A stretch of 57,262 bases of DNA from an uncultured Oscillospiraceae bacterium (GTDB lineage Bacteria; Bacillota; Clostridia; UBA1212; UBA1255). The notes under the pieces are model-generated. The model had not been told where the DNA came from, did no database searches, and saw nothing but the letters and a program-made list of their open reading frames with translations. The translations under genes and the position numbers were made by a program. Position 1 is the stretch's first letter. Every line of letters begins with the position of its first letter. Shown piece after piece: positions 28,165 through 38,111 of this stretch. The stretch lies in assembly GCA_902472555.1 (NCBI GenBank), contig CABROF010000003.1, positions 1 through 57,262 on the forward strand. Direction: 5' to 3'.

Positions 28165-28454
28165 AGGCATTGCGCGTATTGGTTCTTCTTTATATTCTGC
28201 TTGTACAAAACAAATCTGCTGCCGATTACCTGAACCAATTCGCTGTCTGTCGCACGGGCGGCCAGTTCCCCCGCTTCTCTGGCCGAATACGCCGAGGTAT
28301 TCAGGACGCGCAGCTTGATCAGTTCTCTCGCAGTAAGTGCCTCTGCGATCTGCCGCAGCAGTGTTTCTTCTATGCCGCCCTTTCCTATTTGGAAAATCGT
28401 GTCCAATCGGTTCGCACTGCAGCGCAGATTTGCGCGTTGCCTGCTTGTCAGCAT
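28161..28454 (-). CDS. yhbY: YhbY/CRM-domain RNA-binding protein (ribosome assembly)
   Basis: LTSRQRANLRCSANRLDTIFQIGKGGIEETLLRQIAEALTARELIKLRVL...VQVIGSRFVLYK. Confidence 0.85.
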   Translation of the reverse strand: MLTSRQRANLRCSANRLDTIFQIGKGGIEETLLRQIAEALTARELIKLRVLNTSAYSAREAGELAARATDSELVQVIGSRFVLYKQNIKKNQYAQCL

Positions 28455-28486
28455 GGGTTCATTCCACCTTTTCGCTTAAAACAATG

Positions 28487-28523
28487 ATCATACGGCATCC
28501 ACATTCTGCGAATGCCGTATGAT
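28487..28523 (-). terminator. Hairpin downstream of yqfD
   Basis: Perfect 12 bp arms ATCATACGGCAT / ATGCCGTATGAT with a 13 nt loop. The minus strand then reads CATTGTTTTAAG. Confidence 0.55.
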
Positions 28524-28610
28524 AGAATAACATATCTGCCGTAATCCGGCAAGCCGCTCCCTGCCTCTTGCCGCACGGACTGCATTGCCCGCAGGGAAAA
28601 TAGAATCCGT

Positions 28611-29852
28611 TTATTCCGTTAGCGCTCTGTCGATCCCGATATTTTCTGCACATTCCGCAGTAATGCGAACCATTGAAACGCCGCTTTCATTTTCAAACCA
28701 TTCCACTTTTGTATCGAGAATTTCGGCGGCATCCGGAATTTTGTCATTAAGAAGATCCATTGCTTTCAGCTCTGCCCGGTCGGCCGCTTCCGCCGGCGAA
28801 ACGGTAATCACATACTGCGCCATCTCATATTCCATACGTTTTGATATTCCGATGGGAAGCGCCGTGCCGCCCGGCAGCGTAATATATTCTTCCACATAAA
28901 TGCTGTTTGCGTTTTGATAGCTGCTGTCCTCTACCCAAGGCAGGATTTCTTTACCCGGCAGCGGAATCCGCAGACCGAACAGCAGGATTGTTTTTTGGGT
29001 GTTCTCATTCCCGGTCGGCCTGTAAACCGTAACCTCGGTCTCCACCGCAGCCTCTGCGGAATACCAGACGATCCCTCGAACTGTTCCGCGTGCATGTACA
29101 TAACGTGTCAGCGCGTTTTCTTCCGGCAGATCCTCTTTCCGGACCGTTCCGGAGATAATAATCTGCCCCTTTTGTACGGGAACATCCTCCTGCAGAACGG
29201 GAACGCCTTGTTCTACAACAATTTTACGAATCACCGCATCCTTTGCAGCAACAATGTCACACGGCATATCCTCCGGAACCTCGGAAGTGGTGCCCGGCTC
29301 ATAAAACGTGCCGCGTTTTAGTTCAATATACATTTTTGTTCCTTGTTTTTTTACCCCGACCCAGGCCAATTCCGGCTGACCTGCAAGCAGCTGCTCCGAC
29401 AGTTTTTGTGTGCTTACGCTGTCTACCAGGATTCCCGGCTGGATTCCTAAATTTTTCAGGATCGTTTTGGTGCGGAGAATATCCTCCGCCTGACCGCCCG
29501 TCACTTCCACGGACCAAAGCATGGAACTCAAAAGCACAAAAAGTGCACACAAAATCACGGCGCCGACGGCAAACAGCTTTCTTTTTCTATAACGCCGCAG
29601 AAAAAAAAGAAAGCCGTTCTTTTCCAAAATATGTACGCTGCATCTGCTTTTCAGCGCAACCTGTTTGAGCTTTTTTTTGAAATCTTTGGCATATAAGCAC
29701 AGTTCAAAATGATTGGGATCTCTCCGTGTCAGATCCCATACGGAAATTCCGCGCCGCAGACAGATATTCAAAAATTTTTCCGGCTGCCTGCCTCGGATCC
29801 GAATCCGTACATAGCCGCAAAAATAACGCCATATTTTATTCAATCTCATCAT
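28611..29852 (-). CDS. yqfD: Sporulation protein YqfD
   Basis: N-terminus WRYFCGYVRIRIRGRQPEKFLNICLRRGISVWDL. Central TM segment. ATGA overlap with yqfC. Confidence 0.85.
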   Translation of the reverse strand: MMRLNKIWRYFCGYVRIRIRGRQPEKFLNICLRRGISVWDLTRRDPNHFELCLYAKDFKKKLKQVALKSRCSVHILEKNGFLFFLRRYRKRKLFAVGAVILCALFVLLSSMLWSVEVTGGQAEDILRTKTILKNLGIQPGILVDSVSTQKLSEQLLAGQPELAWVGVKKQGTKMYIELKRGTFYEPGTTSEVPEDMPCDIVAAKDAVIRKIVVEQGVPVLQEDVPVQKGQIIISGTVRKEDLPEENALTRYVHARGTVRGIVWYSAEAAVETEVTVYRPTGNENTQKTILLFGLRIPLPGKEILPWVEDSSYQNANSIYVEEYITLPGGTALPIGISKRMEYEMAQYVITVSPAEAADRAELKAMDLLNDKIPDAAEILDTKVEWFENESGVSMVRITAECAENIGIDRALTE

Positions 29853-30115
29853 CTCCCGCAGTCGGATCCGCCGTTATACGCAATTTTTGTGATTTTTCCC
29901 TCTATCCGTATATATTCATTTGTAATTTCTTTGATATCAAGGTTTCTGCCTTCTACATAGAGATCTCCTATATTCGTTATAATTTTGATGACTTTTGAAT
30001 CGTATTCTCTCAAACCTTTATGATTATTTACTTCTGTCAGAGAATCTCCTAACAATTTAACGGAAGGAACGCGGAGGACCACATCGGCGGGCATTCCGAG
30101 AATTTCATGTTTCAT
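29849..30115 (-). CDS. yqfC: Sporulation protein YqfC (YabP family)
   Basis: VPSVKLLGDSLTEVNNHKGLREYDSKVIKI...LYVEGRNLDIKEITNEYIRIEGKI. ATG at 30115 overlaps the pdaA stop (ATGA). Confidence 0.8.
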   Translation of the reverse strand: MKHEILGMPADVVLRVPSVKLLGDSLTEVNNHKGLREYDSKVIKIITNIGDLYVEGRNLDIKEITNEYIRIEGKITKIAYNGGSDCGR

Positions 30116-30969
30116 GACCAAAGCTCCTCCGGCGTTCCGAATTCATATCCCATGTCCCGTGCAGTTTCGATAATATCCTTTAGCGCTTCCGCATTATCCT
30201 TTGAAACCGCGTGCAGAAGCAGGATCGCGCCGTTATGCAGATTATCCGTCACCATTTGGAGCGCGTAATCTGCGCCCTTCTGTTTATCCGTCAGCCAGTC
30301 CTGATAAGCAAAGCTCCAAAGAATACATTTATGGTTCAGAGAATCTGCCACCGTCAGCACCGTATCATTATATTCCCCCTTCGGCGGACGCAGAAAACGC
30401 ATATGCCTTCCGAATTTATCAAAAAACAGCCGATCAAGCTCCAGAATTTCACTTTCAACTTTGGAGGCGGAAATTTCCGGCAGCGAATAGTGGCGCATAG
30501 TGTGGTTTCCCACCTCATGTCCCTCTTCCACCATCCGCCTGATAAGCTCCGCATTTTGATCAAAATAATCTCCGGTAATAAAGAAAATGGCTTTTACACC
30601 CGTTTCTTGCAATGTATCCAGAATCTGCGCCGTATAACCGTTTTCATATCCTTCATCAAAAGTCAGATAAATTTTCATCTGATTTGGATCGGCAATATAT
30701 CGGCCGCCATGCGCCTGAAGCACCGAAACCTCTTCGCGTCCCACTTCCGGCAGGGCATGATCCTTTGCGCGCTTCAGCCCCCAACGATAGATATGCTTTC
30801 CGTTTACGGCAATTGTACTGGCCTCTGTTGATATCTCATCAGCATATGCAGCGAGGGGAGTTCCCTGTCCCTGCCGCTGCAAAACCGGAAATACCAAAAC
30901 CGCCATCAGCAAAATCACAGGCATAATTACATAAATCGCTCTGAATTTTAAAGGTTTATCCTTGGTCAT
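30112..30969 (-). CDS. pdaA: Polysaccharide deacetylase, PdaA-like (spore cortex delta-lactam biosynthesis)
   Basis: NodB motifs YLTFDEGYENGYT, FFITG and GHEVGNHTMRH. N-terminal TM segment. Sits among sporulation genes. Confidence 0.8.
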   Translation of the reverse strand: MTKDKPLKFRAIYVIMPVILLMAVLVFPVLQRQGQGTPLAAYADEISTEASTIAVNGKHIYRWGLKRAKDHALPEVGREEVSVLQAHGGRYIADPNQMKIYLTFDEGYENGYTAQILDTLQETGVKAIFFITGDYFDQNAELIRRMVEEGHEVGNHTMRHYSLPEISASKVESEILELDRLFFDKFGRHMRFLRPPKGEYNDTVLTVADSLNHKCILWSFAYQDWLTDKQKGADYALQMVTDNLHNGAILLLHAVSKDNAEALKDIIETARDMGYEFGTPEELWS

Positions 30970-31069
30970 AAAAACACTCCCATCGTGCATTTGCAGTTCG
31001 TCTGCTCATTCTACAATATGCGCGCAGGAGTGGGATAAGAACCGATTGCCCCGGATAAAAGTATCCCGG

Positions 31070-31834
31070 TTATTTATCGTCTAACGAGGTTAAATAATTC
31101 GTTTTGATCAGGCTGTCGTCGCCCTTTTGTATGACAAGCTCTTTTTCTGCAGACCAAGTAACAATGCAGCCCGCTCTTTTCAGATTCTCAATCGTGCTGT
31201 TGCTTCCGCCCATCAGAATCGTACTTTGCATAGAGGCGGAATTTCCGATTGCAACAATAGTCAGCGGTGTTGTGCAGCGCACTCCGTTCACCGCAATATA
31301 ACGGTCATTTACCACGCGGATTTCCGACATTGCGAGAATACGCTGTCCGTTAATAGAAATTGCCTGGGCGGAAGATGCGCGCAGCTCGTTGATCAGAATC
31401 AGCAGCAGGTCCTGCGTTCGGACCAGATCGTCCGGATCGCTGAACTGAAGCTCAATGCTCAGACCTTCTCCCTGAACTGTGGTCAGACCCGCAAAGGTCC
31501 TGATATCGTGCAGTTCTTTTGCAAGCTGTTCGATTTGCTGCTCCGTATTTCCTTTGAGCAGTACGTCTAATCGCTGCTGCAGCTCTTCCTTTTCGATTTC
31601 CGCCTGTTCCAGCTCACTGTACAGACGATTGATGGTTCTCGTTAAATTCTCTGTTTCGGCAAGGGCGGCACGGTCCTCCTTCCCTGCCGCCTTCAGGCTC
31701 TTATATTGGAGTGCAATCAGAATACCAAGAAAAATACACACAACGGTAAGTGCAGTATTGCGAATCCATTTTCTCAGGATACGTTTTCTTTTTTGCAGCT
31801 GCTCTTTTTTTGTCAAGGTCTGTTTTTCAGCCAT
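31070..31834 (-). CDS. DUF881 domain protein
   Basis: TM segment plus coiled coil, then TVQGEGLSIEL...LINELRASSAQAISINGQRI. ATG at 31834 has AGGAGG 8 nt upstream. Confidence 0.8.
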   Translation of the reverse strand: MAEKQTLTKKEQLQKRKRILRKWIRNTALTVVCIFLGILIALQYKSLKAAGKEDRAALAETENLTRTINRLYSELEQAEIEKEELQQRLDVLLKGNTEQQIEQLAKELHDIRTFAGLTTVQGEGLSIELQFSDPDDLVRTQDLLLILINELRASSAQAISINGQRILAMSEIRVVNDRYIAVNGVRCTTPLTIVAIGNSASMQSTILMGGSNSTIENLKRAGCIVTWSAEKELVIQKGDDSLIKTNYLTSLDDK

Positions 31835-31857
31835 TTGGATAACCTCCTGTTTTTCCG

Positions 31858-32589
31858 TCAAGGGGTGACATCCGTCAGATACGAAAGCATGGTCTGATAA
31901 TTGCCGCTGTACCTGCTGATCACAAGCTTCTCTTTCTTTACCGGATCGATTACCAGCGCCTGATTGCGCATAGTTCTGTAAATCGGACTCTCTGTAAATG
32001 CATGCAGCAGCACTTCCGGGTCGCCGATGGCTTTGATGTGATACGGCGCAAATATTTTCTTATTATTGATCCGAATGCTAGGCCCTAAGCAAGTCATTTC
32101 AGTAGTCGGCAGAATCCGTTCTCCGTTAATTTCTATTGCCTGGGCGCCGGCGGCTCTCAGGACGTTCACGGTTGCCACCAAATAGATATCGTGTACGATG
32201 GTATTGATTAAAATAGAGTCATCCAGGCCGATATCGATTCCCGGGCCACTGACGGCAGTCAGCGCCGCTAAAATTTTATTTGCTTCAATTTGCTCGCTTG
32301 TTTGAATATACAGCTGATACCAGTCCTCGCTTTTCATACGCAGATCCTCCAGCTTTGTATCGTATTGCGTCTTCATCGTACTCAGCTCGGTCTGCAGCTT
32401 CAGCAGTTTTTCTTCCAGCACCTTCTGTGTCTCCCGATATTCCTGAATTCTTTTCTCTTCTTCTGTTTCAGCAGCGATTCTGGCCGTAATGGTCGCACGC
32501 ATCTGCATTGCAATCAGAACGCCCAGCAAGATCATGATGCACAGGTATATCCGTTTATCTTTATTCGGCACTTTTTTCTTTTGTTCCAT
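31858..32589 (-). CDS. DUF881 domain protein (second tandem paralog)
   Basis: VSGPGIDIGLDDS...VNVLRAAGAQAIEINGERI. ATG at 32589 lies after GGAG. Confidence 0.8.
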   Translation of the reverse strand: MEQKKKVPNKDKRIYLCIMILLGVLIAMQMRATITARIAAETEEEKRIQEYRETQKVLEEKLLKLQTELSTMKTQYDTKLEDLRMKSEDWYQLYIQTSEQIEANKILAALTAVSGPGIDIGLDDSILINTIVHDIYLVATVNVLRAAGAQAIEINGERILPTTEMTCLGPSIRINNKKIFAPYHIKAIGDPEVLLHAFTESPIYRTMRNQALVIDPVKKEKLVISRYSGNYQTMLSYLTDVTP

Positions 32590-32659
32590 AATAATCTCCA
32601 ATCCCGCACCTGCACTGACCGTAAATATGGATTCAGTATAATCAAATATCCGGGCTGTG

Positions 32660-33391
32660 TCAATTCTTCACACGATGGATCAGACGTACCCGGTGGATTT
32701 GTTTTGTTTCACACCGGACTCCGGCAGCGGCAGCCAAGGCTTCTACTGCCAGCTCCGGCCGCAGATTTACCGTATTTCCGGCGGCGGTAACAATCCGCAT
32801 CAGCGCATGTCCGTCTTCTGCGGAAAGCAAAGAAATCTCAAAAATCATAGGACGGACATCGGTTTCTTTGATACCGCTTTTACTGCGTTTCTCGATTATT
32901 AAGGGCCTTTGCGCCTGAAATTGCTTGCATAGTGCAGCAGCACCATCCGCAGCACAGCCGATTGGAAAAGAGGCGCTGCCGCCCTGCTCCTGCTCCGCTG
33001 CCGCGCCGGAAAAATAGACCTGAACCGTATATTCTGATGCAACCACACTCTTCATGATATTGTCTGCCTTTGGCGGCAGTATGATCACTTCCGCAACCGA
33101 AATTCCCTCCGGCAGCGTTCCGTTAAAGCGCTGCATAACAGCTTCAGGCAATAATGCTTCCATCAGCTCAAGATCCAAATATTCCGCTTCACTGGTCACT
33201 CCCACCGGAAGCGGCATACCAAAAACAAACAGCGGATGCGGATTAAAGCCCGATGAATACGCTACAGGCAGACGGCATCTCCGCGCTGCCCGTGTAAAAA
33301 GCTGCAGCATATCCAGGTGAGAGAGATATTTCATTGCCTCTCCCCTTATATATCGTACCCTATATTTTTCCAACGCAGATTCCTCCTCCAT
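32660..33391 (-). CDS. TIGR03936/DUF2344 radical SAM-associated protein
   Basis: KYLSHLDMLQLFTRAARRCRLPVAYSSGFNPHP. Overlaps the upstream radical SAM gene by 32 nt. Confidence 0.8.
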   Translation of the reverse strand: MEEESALEKYRVRYIRGEAMKYLSHLDMLQLFTRAARRCRLPVAYSSGFNPHPLFVFGMPLPVGVTSEAEYLDLELMEALLPEAVMQRFNGTLPEGISVAEVIILPPKADNIMKSVVASEYTVQVYFSGAAAEQEQGGSASFPIGCAADGAAALCKQFQAQRPLIIEKRSKSGIKETDVRPMIFEISLLSAEDGHALMRIVTAAGNTVNLRPELAVEALAAAAGVRCETKQIHRVRLIHRVKN

Positions 33392-35216
33392 AGCACGCCG
33401 CGCCGCAGCCCGCGCATTTTACCATACAATTCGGCGTCAGGATCCCGTCCTTGGCTTTCTTGTATTCCGCCTGCAGAAAAGTTTTCCGGACTCCGACATC
33501 TACATGATCCCACGGCAGAATCTCATCCTGCGTCCGTTCTCTCAGGTTATAAAATTCCGGCTGTAAGCCGCAGCTGCGGAAGGCTTCCATCCAGCGTTCA
33601 TAATGCAAATACTCCGTCCAGGCATCAAATCGCGCTCCGGCTTTCCAAACCCGATATAAAACCTGGCCGATCCGCCTGTCGCCGCGAGATAGTGCAGCCT
33701 CTAATAGTGAGGTCTCAGGATCATGCCAGCTGAATCCGATTCGCCTGTTCAGCGCTTTCTTCAGCAATTCCTGTCTTCTGCGGATCTCTGCACCGTCAAT
33801 CTGCCCACACCACTGAAACGGCGTAAACGGTTTCGGCACAAAGGTAGAAACACTTACCGTAATATCCGGCCGGCGCGCTTTTTTTCCCGCATGCACGCTG
33901 TCGTATAAACGCAGCACCTTATGCGCCAGGTCTGCAATGCCCAGCACGTCCTCATCCGTTTCCATCGGAAGTCCCAGCATAAAATATAATTTAATATTAT
34001 TCCAGCCGCTCCGGAAGGCTAATTCCGCAGAATGCAGCAAATCCTCCTCTGTTACCCCTTTATTAATGATATTCCGAAGCCTTTGACTGCCGGCCTCCGG
34101 CGCAAAGGTCAGGCCGCTTTTCCGGACCCTGGATACGCGCTCGGCCAGTCCGAGAGAAAAGGAGTCCACCCGAAGACTCGGCAGCGCCAGGTTCACCTGA
34201 CGCGGTTCCGCCATTGCAAGCAGTCTGTCCGCCAGCTCCGGCAGACAAGAATAATCGCTGGTACTAAGGCTTAACAAAGAAATTTCCTCATATCCGGTAC
34301 TGTCCACCAGCTTTTCTGCCAATTCAGTCAGCGTATCCACGCTGCGTTCACGGACAGGCCGATAAATAAAACCCGCCTGGCAGAAACGGCAGCCTCTGCT
34401 GCAGCCGCGGAAGATCTCCAGCATGATGCGGTCATGCACCACCCCCACAGAGGGGACCACCAGTTTGTCCGGAAAATAGGTCCGGTCAAAATCCTGTACA
34501 ACACGCTTGCGGATAACCGCAGGCGCCACATCCTGAAATTCCGGCTTTGGAGCAAAAGACCGTACCGTACCGTCCGAATGATAGGTGACATTATAAAAAG
34601 AAGGCACATATACGCCGTCTATCCGTGCCACCCGCCTTAAAAATTCATCGCGCGGCGCGCCCTCCCGTTTCCAGACGGCATACGCCTCAACGATCTCGGG
34701 CAGCATTTCTTCTCCTTCCCCGAGATTATAAAAGTCAAAGTAGTCCGCCAGCGGCTCCGTATTATTCGCAGCCGGCCCGCCGGCCAGTACAAACGGGTCT
34801 CCCTCCCCGCGGTCCGCGGCAAATAAGGGAATCCCCGCTAAATCCAGCATATTCAGTATATTGGTATAACTCATCTCATACTGCAGAGAAAACCCGACGA
34901 TATCAAAACGACGGATCGGCTCCTGTGATTCCAGACCGAACAGCGGCAGATGATGCGCACGCATAAGGTCTTCCAAATCGGGCCAGGGCGCAAATACGCG
35001 CTCGCACCAAGTCCCTTTCCGTTCATTCAGCAAATGATACAGCAATTTCATTCCTAAATGGGACATTGCGATATCGTACATATCCGGAAAGCAAAGTGCA
35101 AATCGTACATCCACCTCGGAAAGTTCTTTTGTAACGGCATTCAGTTCTCCGCCGACATACCGTGCCGGTTTCTGTACTTTTATCAAAATGTCATCTGGAA
35201 TTGCTTGCTTGCGCAT
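33360..35216 (-). CDS. TIGR03960-type B12-binding-domain radical SAM protein
   Basis: N-terminus VQKPARYVGGELN. Radical SAM cluster motif CSRGCRFCQAG. Length 618 aa. Confidence 0.85.
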   Translation of the reverse strand: MRKQAIPDDILIKVQKPARYVGGELNAVTKELSEVDVRFALCFPDMYDIAMSHLGMKLLYHLLNERKGTWCERVFAPWPDLEDLMRAHHLPLFGLESQEPIRRFDIVGFSLQYEMSYTNILNMLDLAGIPLFAADRGEGDPFVLAGGPAANNTEPLADYFDFYNLGEGEEMLPEIVEAYAVWKREGAPRDEFLRRVARIDGVYVPSFYNVTYHSDGTVRSFAPKPEFQDVAPAVIRKRVVQDFDRTYFPDKLVVPSVGVVHDRIMLEIFRGCSRGCRFCQAGFIYRPVRERSVDTLTELAEKLVDSTGYEEISLLSLSTSDYSCLPELADRLLAMAEPRQVNLALPSLRVDSFSLGLAERVSRVRKSGLTFAPEAGSQRLRNIINKGVTEEDLLHSAELAFRSGWNNIKLYFMLGLPMETDEDVLGIADLAHKVLRLYDSVHAGKKARRPDITVSVSTFVPKPFTPFQWCGQIDGAEIRRRQELLKKALNRRIGFSWHDPETSLLEAALSRGDRRIGQVLYRVWKAGARFDAWTEYLHYERWMEAFRSCGLQPEFYNLRERTQDEILPWDHVDVGVRKTFLQAEYKKAKDGILTPNCMVKCAGCGAACYGGGICVGKI

Positions 35217-35315
35217 AAAAAGCCTCTTTTCTGTATAAATTCATTGCAGCTCATGAATGGTCAGCAGAATGCTTACGGCATGTGATTATATCACAGTTCC
35301 CTTCCGCGCTCAATT

Positions 35316-35347
35316 CAATAAAAAGATTCGGGCAGACACCCGAATCT
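35316..35347 (-). terminator. Rho-independent terminator of rubredoxin
   Basis: AGATTCGGG / CCCGAATCT 9 bp stem with a 6 nt loop. On the minus strand TTTTATT follows. Confidence 0.75.
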
Positions 35348-35408
35348 TCTCGAAACAAAAAAACACGTTATCTTTCGGATGCGGAAAAGCGCACCGTCAA
35401 TCCCGCCA

Positions 35409-35567
35409 TTATTCCGCTTCGGAAAACAGTTCTTTTCCGACGCCGCACAGCGGGCATACAAAATCCTCAGGCAGGTCCTCCCACTTTGTCCCGGCAGCAA
35501 TCCCGTTTTCCGGGTCGCCCGTTTCCTCATCATAAACATAACCGCATACATCACATACATACCGCAT
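35409..35567 (-). CDS. rd: Rubredoxin (52 aa)
   Basis: Hand translation gives [52 protein letters not shown]. It has two CxxCG knuckles. AGAGGTGA SD lies upstream. It is below the ORF-track size cutoff and replaces the implausible 35315..35641 ORF. Confidence 0.9.
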   Translation of the reverse strand: MRYVCDVCGYVYDEETGDPENGIAAGTKWEDLPEDFVCPLCGVGKELFSEAE

Positions 35568-35612
35568 AATTGTGTCACCTCTCTGCTTTCTATGAAATTA
35601 GAACAGGATTTT

Positions 35613-35641
35613 AATTTACCACACACAGGTATTTTTTTCAA
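35613..35641 (-). promoter_or_regulatory. Putative sigma-A promoter of rubredoxin
   Basis: Minus strand reads TTGAAA, 17 nt, TGgTAAATT (extended -10). Confidence 0.5.
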
Positions 35642-35758
35642 CCGTCTTCTTTCAGTCTCTGCCTGAATCGAATCTATTCCGCGCCGTCTTCTAAGAAGGC
35701 TTGATCATTTTCAAAAAAATTTTTATAATATAACATAACAAAAATTGGAGGGATTTCA

Positions 35759-37159
35759 TTGCAGAACAGAAAAGTCGTGCTGAAGGACCGTCTGAGTGAA
35801 ATCAGCGATCACGCCCATTGGCAAACGGGAATCGTGCTGGGGCTGCTGCTGATTCTGCTGTTTTCATTTTACCATTATGTGTACGGAATTACCCCGAAAG
35901 ATCCGCAATCCAAAGAAAACCGGCTTTATCAGCACGATGTATACGATACGTATACCAAGCAAGCACTGGCTTGGCATCGCGGCGAAGCAAAGCTGGATAA
36001 GGATTATCCGTATCTGGAGCTGGCGAAATATCCGAATGAGAACGGCGTAGAAGAATATTATGTCAGTTTTCCCATGGTGCCGTCTGTTGTCATGTATTTC
36101 TTTACATTCGGCGGCAATGAAAACACGCCGAATAACCTGATTACCGTATTATATCAATTAGGTGCTTTTGCATTTGCCTTTCTGCTATGCCGGCGTTTCC
36201 GCTGCAGCCTGTCTATGTCCTTCGTGGGCGCGGCGCTGGTTTGCCTGTCCTCCTCCGCTTTTTTTCTGTCAATGGCCGGCAGCGTCTGGTTTCAGGCGCA
36301 GCTGTTCAGCCTTTTCTTGACAATGGCTGCTTTTTTCAGCCTCTTTGCCAGCGGGCCGCATAAAAAAACAGAATGGCACATTTCCCTGTTTCTGCTGGCG
36401 CTGGCAGTAGGCTGCAGACCGATGCAGGTATTTTATTTCCCGTTCTTCCTGTATATCATATTGCGGGAGAACAAATATCAGATCAAAAAAATGTGGTCCT
36501 ACCTGATTGCTCCCGGTGCAGTCGCCTGTGTCTATATGTGGTACAATTATATCCGCTTCGGAAATATCTTGGAGTTCGGGCGCTCTTATCTTCCTGAATT
36601 TACCAGAAACCAGGAGCCTCAGTTCAGTTTTGATTATATCAAAAATAATATTGCTCAAATTATAACAAAAAAACCTGAAATGCCCTTAGATCAATGGATC
36701 AAGGATAATCCCTTCGGCTTTTGCTTTTATATTGCCAATTGCATTTTTATCGTTCTATTGATCGCATGTATTGTGAAGCTGATTTCCTCTACCTCCGCAT
36801 ATGCCTTGAAGAAAGGACATTTACCGCAGTCTCGCTTTTTTGCGGCTCTATCGGATTCGGAGAAAACAGCCCTGCAGACAGATCCGCAGACTGCCCTCTC
36901 CCGCTACCATTCCAACGGAATCGATCTTGCGATTCTGCTGATCACCATCTGTATTCATTTTTTTGTGTTTCTGATGTTCCGCACTGTGGGGGCGTGGCAG
37001 TTCGGCGCCCGTTATTCCGTAGATATCATTCCCGCGGTGCTGGCCTGTATTTTAATGCTGGACACAAAGCTCCTCCGCAGGCCGAATCTGCCGGTAATCA
37101 TGATTTGTACAGCCGGTATGCTATTTAACATTTACGGCGGAATTCTGCTTTATCTGTAA
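35759..37159 (+). CDS. Polytopic membrane protein, possibly a GT-C fold glycosyltransferase (ArnT/PMT-like)
   Basis: About 10 or more hydrophobic segments, 466 aa. TTG start has GGAGGG 6 nt upstream. The family call is weak. Confidence 0.5.
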   Translation: MQNRKVVLKDRLSEISDHAHWQTGIVLGLLLILLFSFYHYVYGITPKDPQSKENRLYQHDVYDTYTKQALAWHRGEAKLDKDYPYLELAKYPNENGVEEYYVSFPMVPSVVMYFFTFGGNENTPNNLITVLYQLGAFAFAFLLCRRFRCSLSMSFVGAALVCLSSSAFFLSMAGSVWFQAQLFSLFLTMAAFFSLFASGPHKKTEWHISLFLLALAVGCRPMQVFYFPFFLYIILRENKYQIKKMWSYLIAPGAVACVYMWYNYIRFGNILEFGRSYLPEFTRNQEPQFSFDYIKNNIAQIITKKPEMPLDQWIKDNPFGFCFYIANCIFIVLLIACIVKLISSTSAYALKKGHLPQSRFFAALSDSEKTALQTDPQTALSRYHSNGIDLAILLITICIHFFVFLMFRTVGAWQFGARYSVDIIPAVLACILMLDTKLLRRPNLPVIMICTAGMLFNIYGGILLYL

Positions 37160-37325
37160 AATATCTTACGGAGAGACCTGCGGCAAAAAATGCCGGCCTG
37201 CATTCGGATATCCGCAGACAGCGGGAAGCCGCGGCCGAAGGGAGGCAGAAGGTGCTCTTTCATTTTATACGCGGCTGTGGTATTGTGTACATCGTAATAA
37301 AGTTTCAGGCAATACGGGGTGCGGT

Positions 37326-38021
37326 ATGCTTATACAGGGTCTTCAAAAGCTGACATTATTGGATTATCCGGGAAAAATGGCCTGTACGGTTTTTCTTGGG
37401 GGCTGCAATTTTCGCTGTCCTTTTTGTCATAACGCGGACTTGATTCTGTCCGGGGCAGAAACAATCCCAGCTCTTTCTGAAGAAACGCTGATGACTTATC
37501 TGCATAAACGCAAACAGATTTTAGAGGGCGTCTGTATCAGCGGCGGTGAGCCGCTGCTGTATCCGGAAGCGGCGGAACTGATTCAAAAAATCAAAGACTT
37601 GGGCTACGCGGTAAAGCTGGACACAAACGGAAGCTTTCCAGACAGGCTTCAGAATCTGGTTTCTGCCGAGTTGGTAGACTACGTCGCCATGGATATCAAG
37701 AATGCGCCGGACCGATACGCGGAGACCATCGGCAGACCGGGGTTTGATCCGGCTCCGGTTCTGGAAAGTGCCGCATTTTTGTTATCCGGTGTCATTTCAT
37801 ATGAATTCCGCACTACAGTTACCCGGGAATTACACAGCGCCCGGGACTTTGAAGCAATCGGCTGCTGGCTCCGCGGCGCTGAAAAATATTTTCTTCAGGC
37901 TTTTATTGATTCCGGAACAGTCCTGCAGAAGGGCCTGCACGGATACACAAAAACGGAATTAGAGCAGTTCCGTCAGATTTTAAAAAAGGACATTCCGAAT
38001 ACGGAGATCAGAGGAATATAA
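37326..38021 (+). CDS. nrdG: Anaerobic ribonucleoside-triphosphate reductase activating protein (radical SAM)
   Basis: LTLLDYPGKMACTVFLGGCNFRCPFCHN, ISGGEPL and KLDTNG. Confidence 0.9.
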   Translation: MLIQGLQKLTLLDYPGKMACTVFLGGCNFRCPFCHNADLILSGAETIPALSEETLMTYLHKRKQILEGVCISGGEPLLYPEAAELIQKIKDLGYAVKLDTNGSFPDRLQNLVSAELVDYVAMDIKNAPDRYAETIGRPGFDPAPVLESAAFLLSGVISYEFRTTVTRELHSARDFEAIGCWLRGAEKYFLQAFIDSGTVLQKGLHGYTKTELEQFRQILKKDIPNTEIRGI

Positions 38022-38064
38022 AGAAATCCGCGCCGCTGCGTACTTGTGCCTGCCCGATCCCGCC

Positions 38065-38080
38065 CAACTATATATTGTAT
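38065..38080 (+). promoter_or_regulatory. NrdR box 1
   Basis: CAACTATATATTGTAT compared with the remembered consensus acaCwAtATaTwGtgt. The core CTATATATTG matches fully. Confidence 0.7.
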
Positions 38081-38095
38081 TGTATAAAAAAAACT

Positions 38096-38111
38096 ACACT
38101 ACATATTGACT
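38096..38111 (+). promoter_or_regulatory. NrdR box 2 (overlaps the -35)
   Basis: ACACTACATATTGACT, with one core mismatch. The box cores start 31 bp apart, the usual tandem spacing. Confidence 0.65.

Noticed and set aside
28459-28653. 64 aa Cys-rich minus-strand ORF between yqfD and yhbY.
   Set aside because: It overlaps the 3' end of yqfD and the terminator hairpin. It has no SD and no recognisable family.
35315-35641. 108 aa minus-strand ORF from the track.
   Set aside because: The sequence is implausible, and it overlaps in a different frame a textbook rubredoxin ORF that has its own SD, promoter and terminator.
37160-37325. Small ORFs upstream of nrdG: MPACIRISADSGK... (35 aa), and a GTG ORF after GGGAGG at 37252.
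   Set aside because: There are no recognisable motifs. The GTG ORF is out of frame with nrdG and overlaps its start. There is no supporting evidence beyond an SD-like string.
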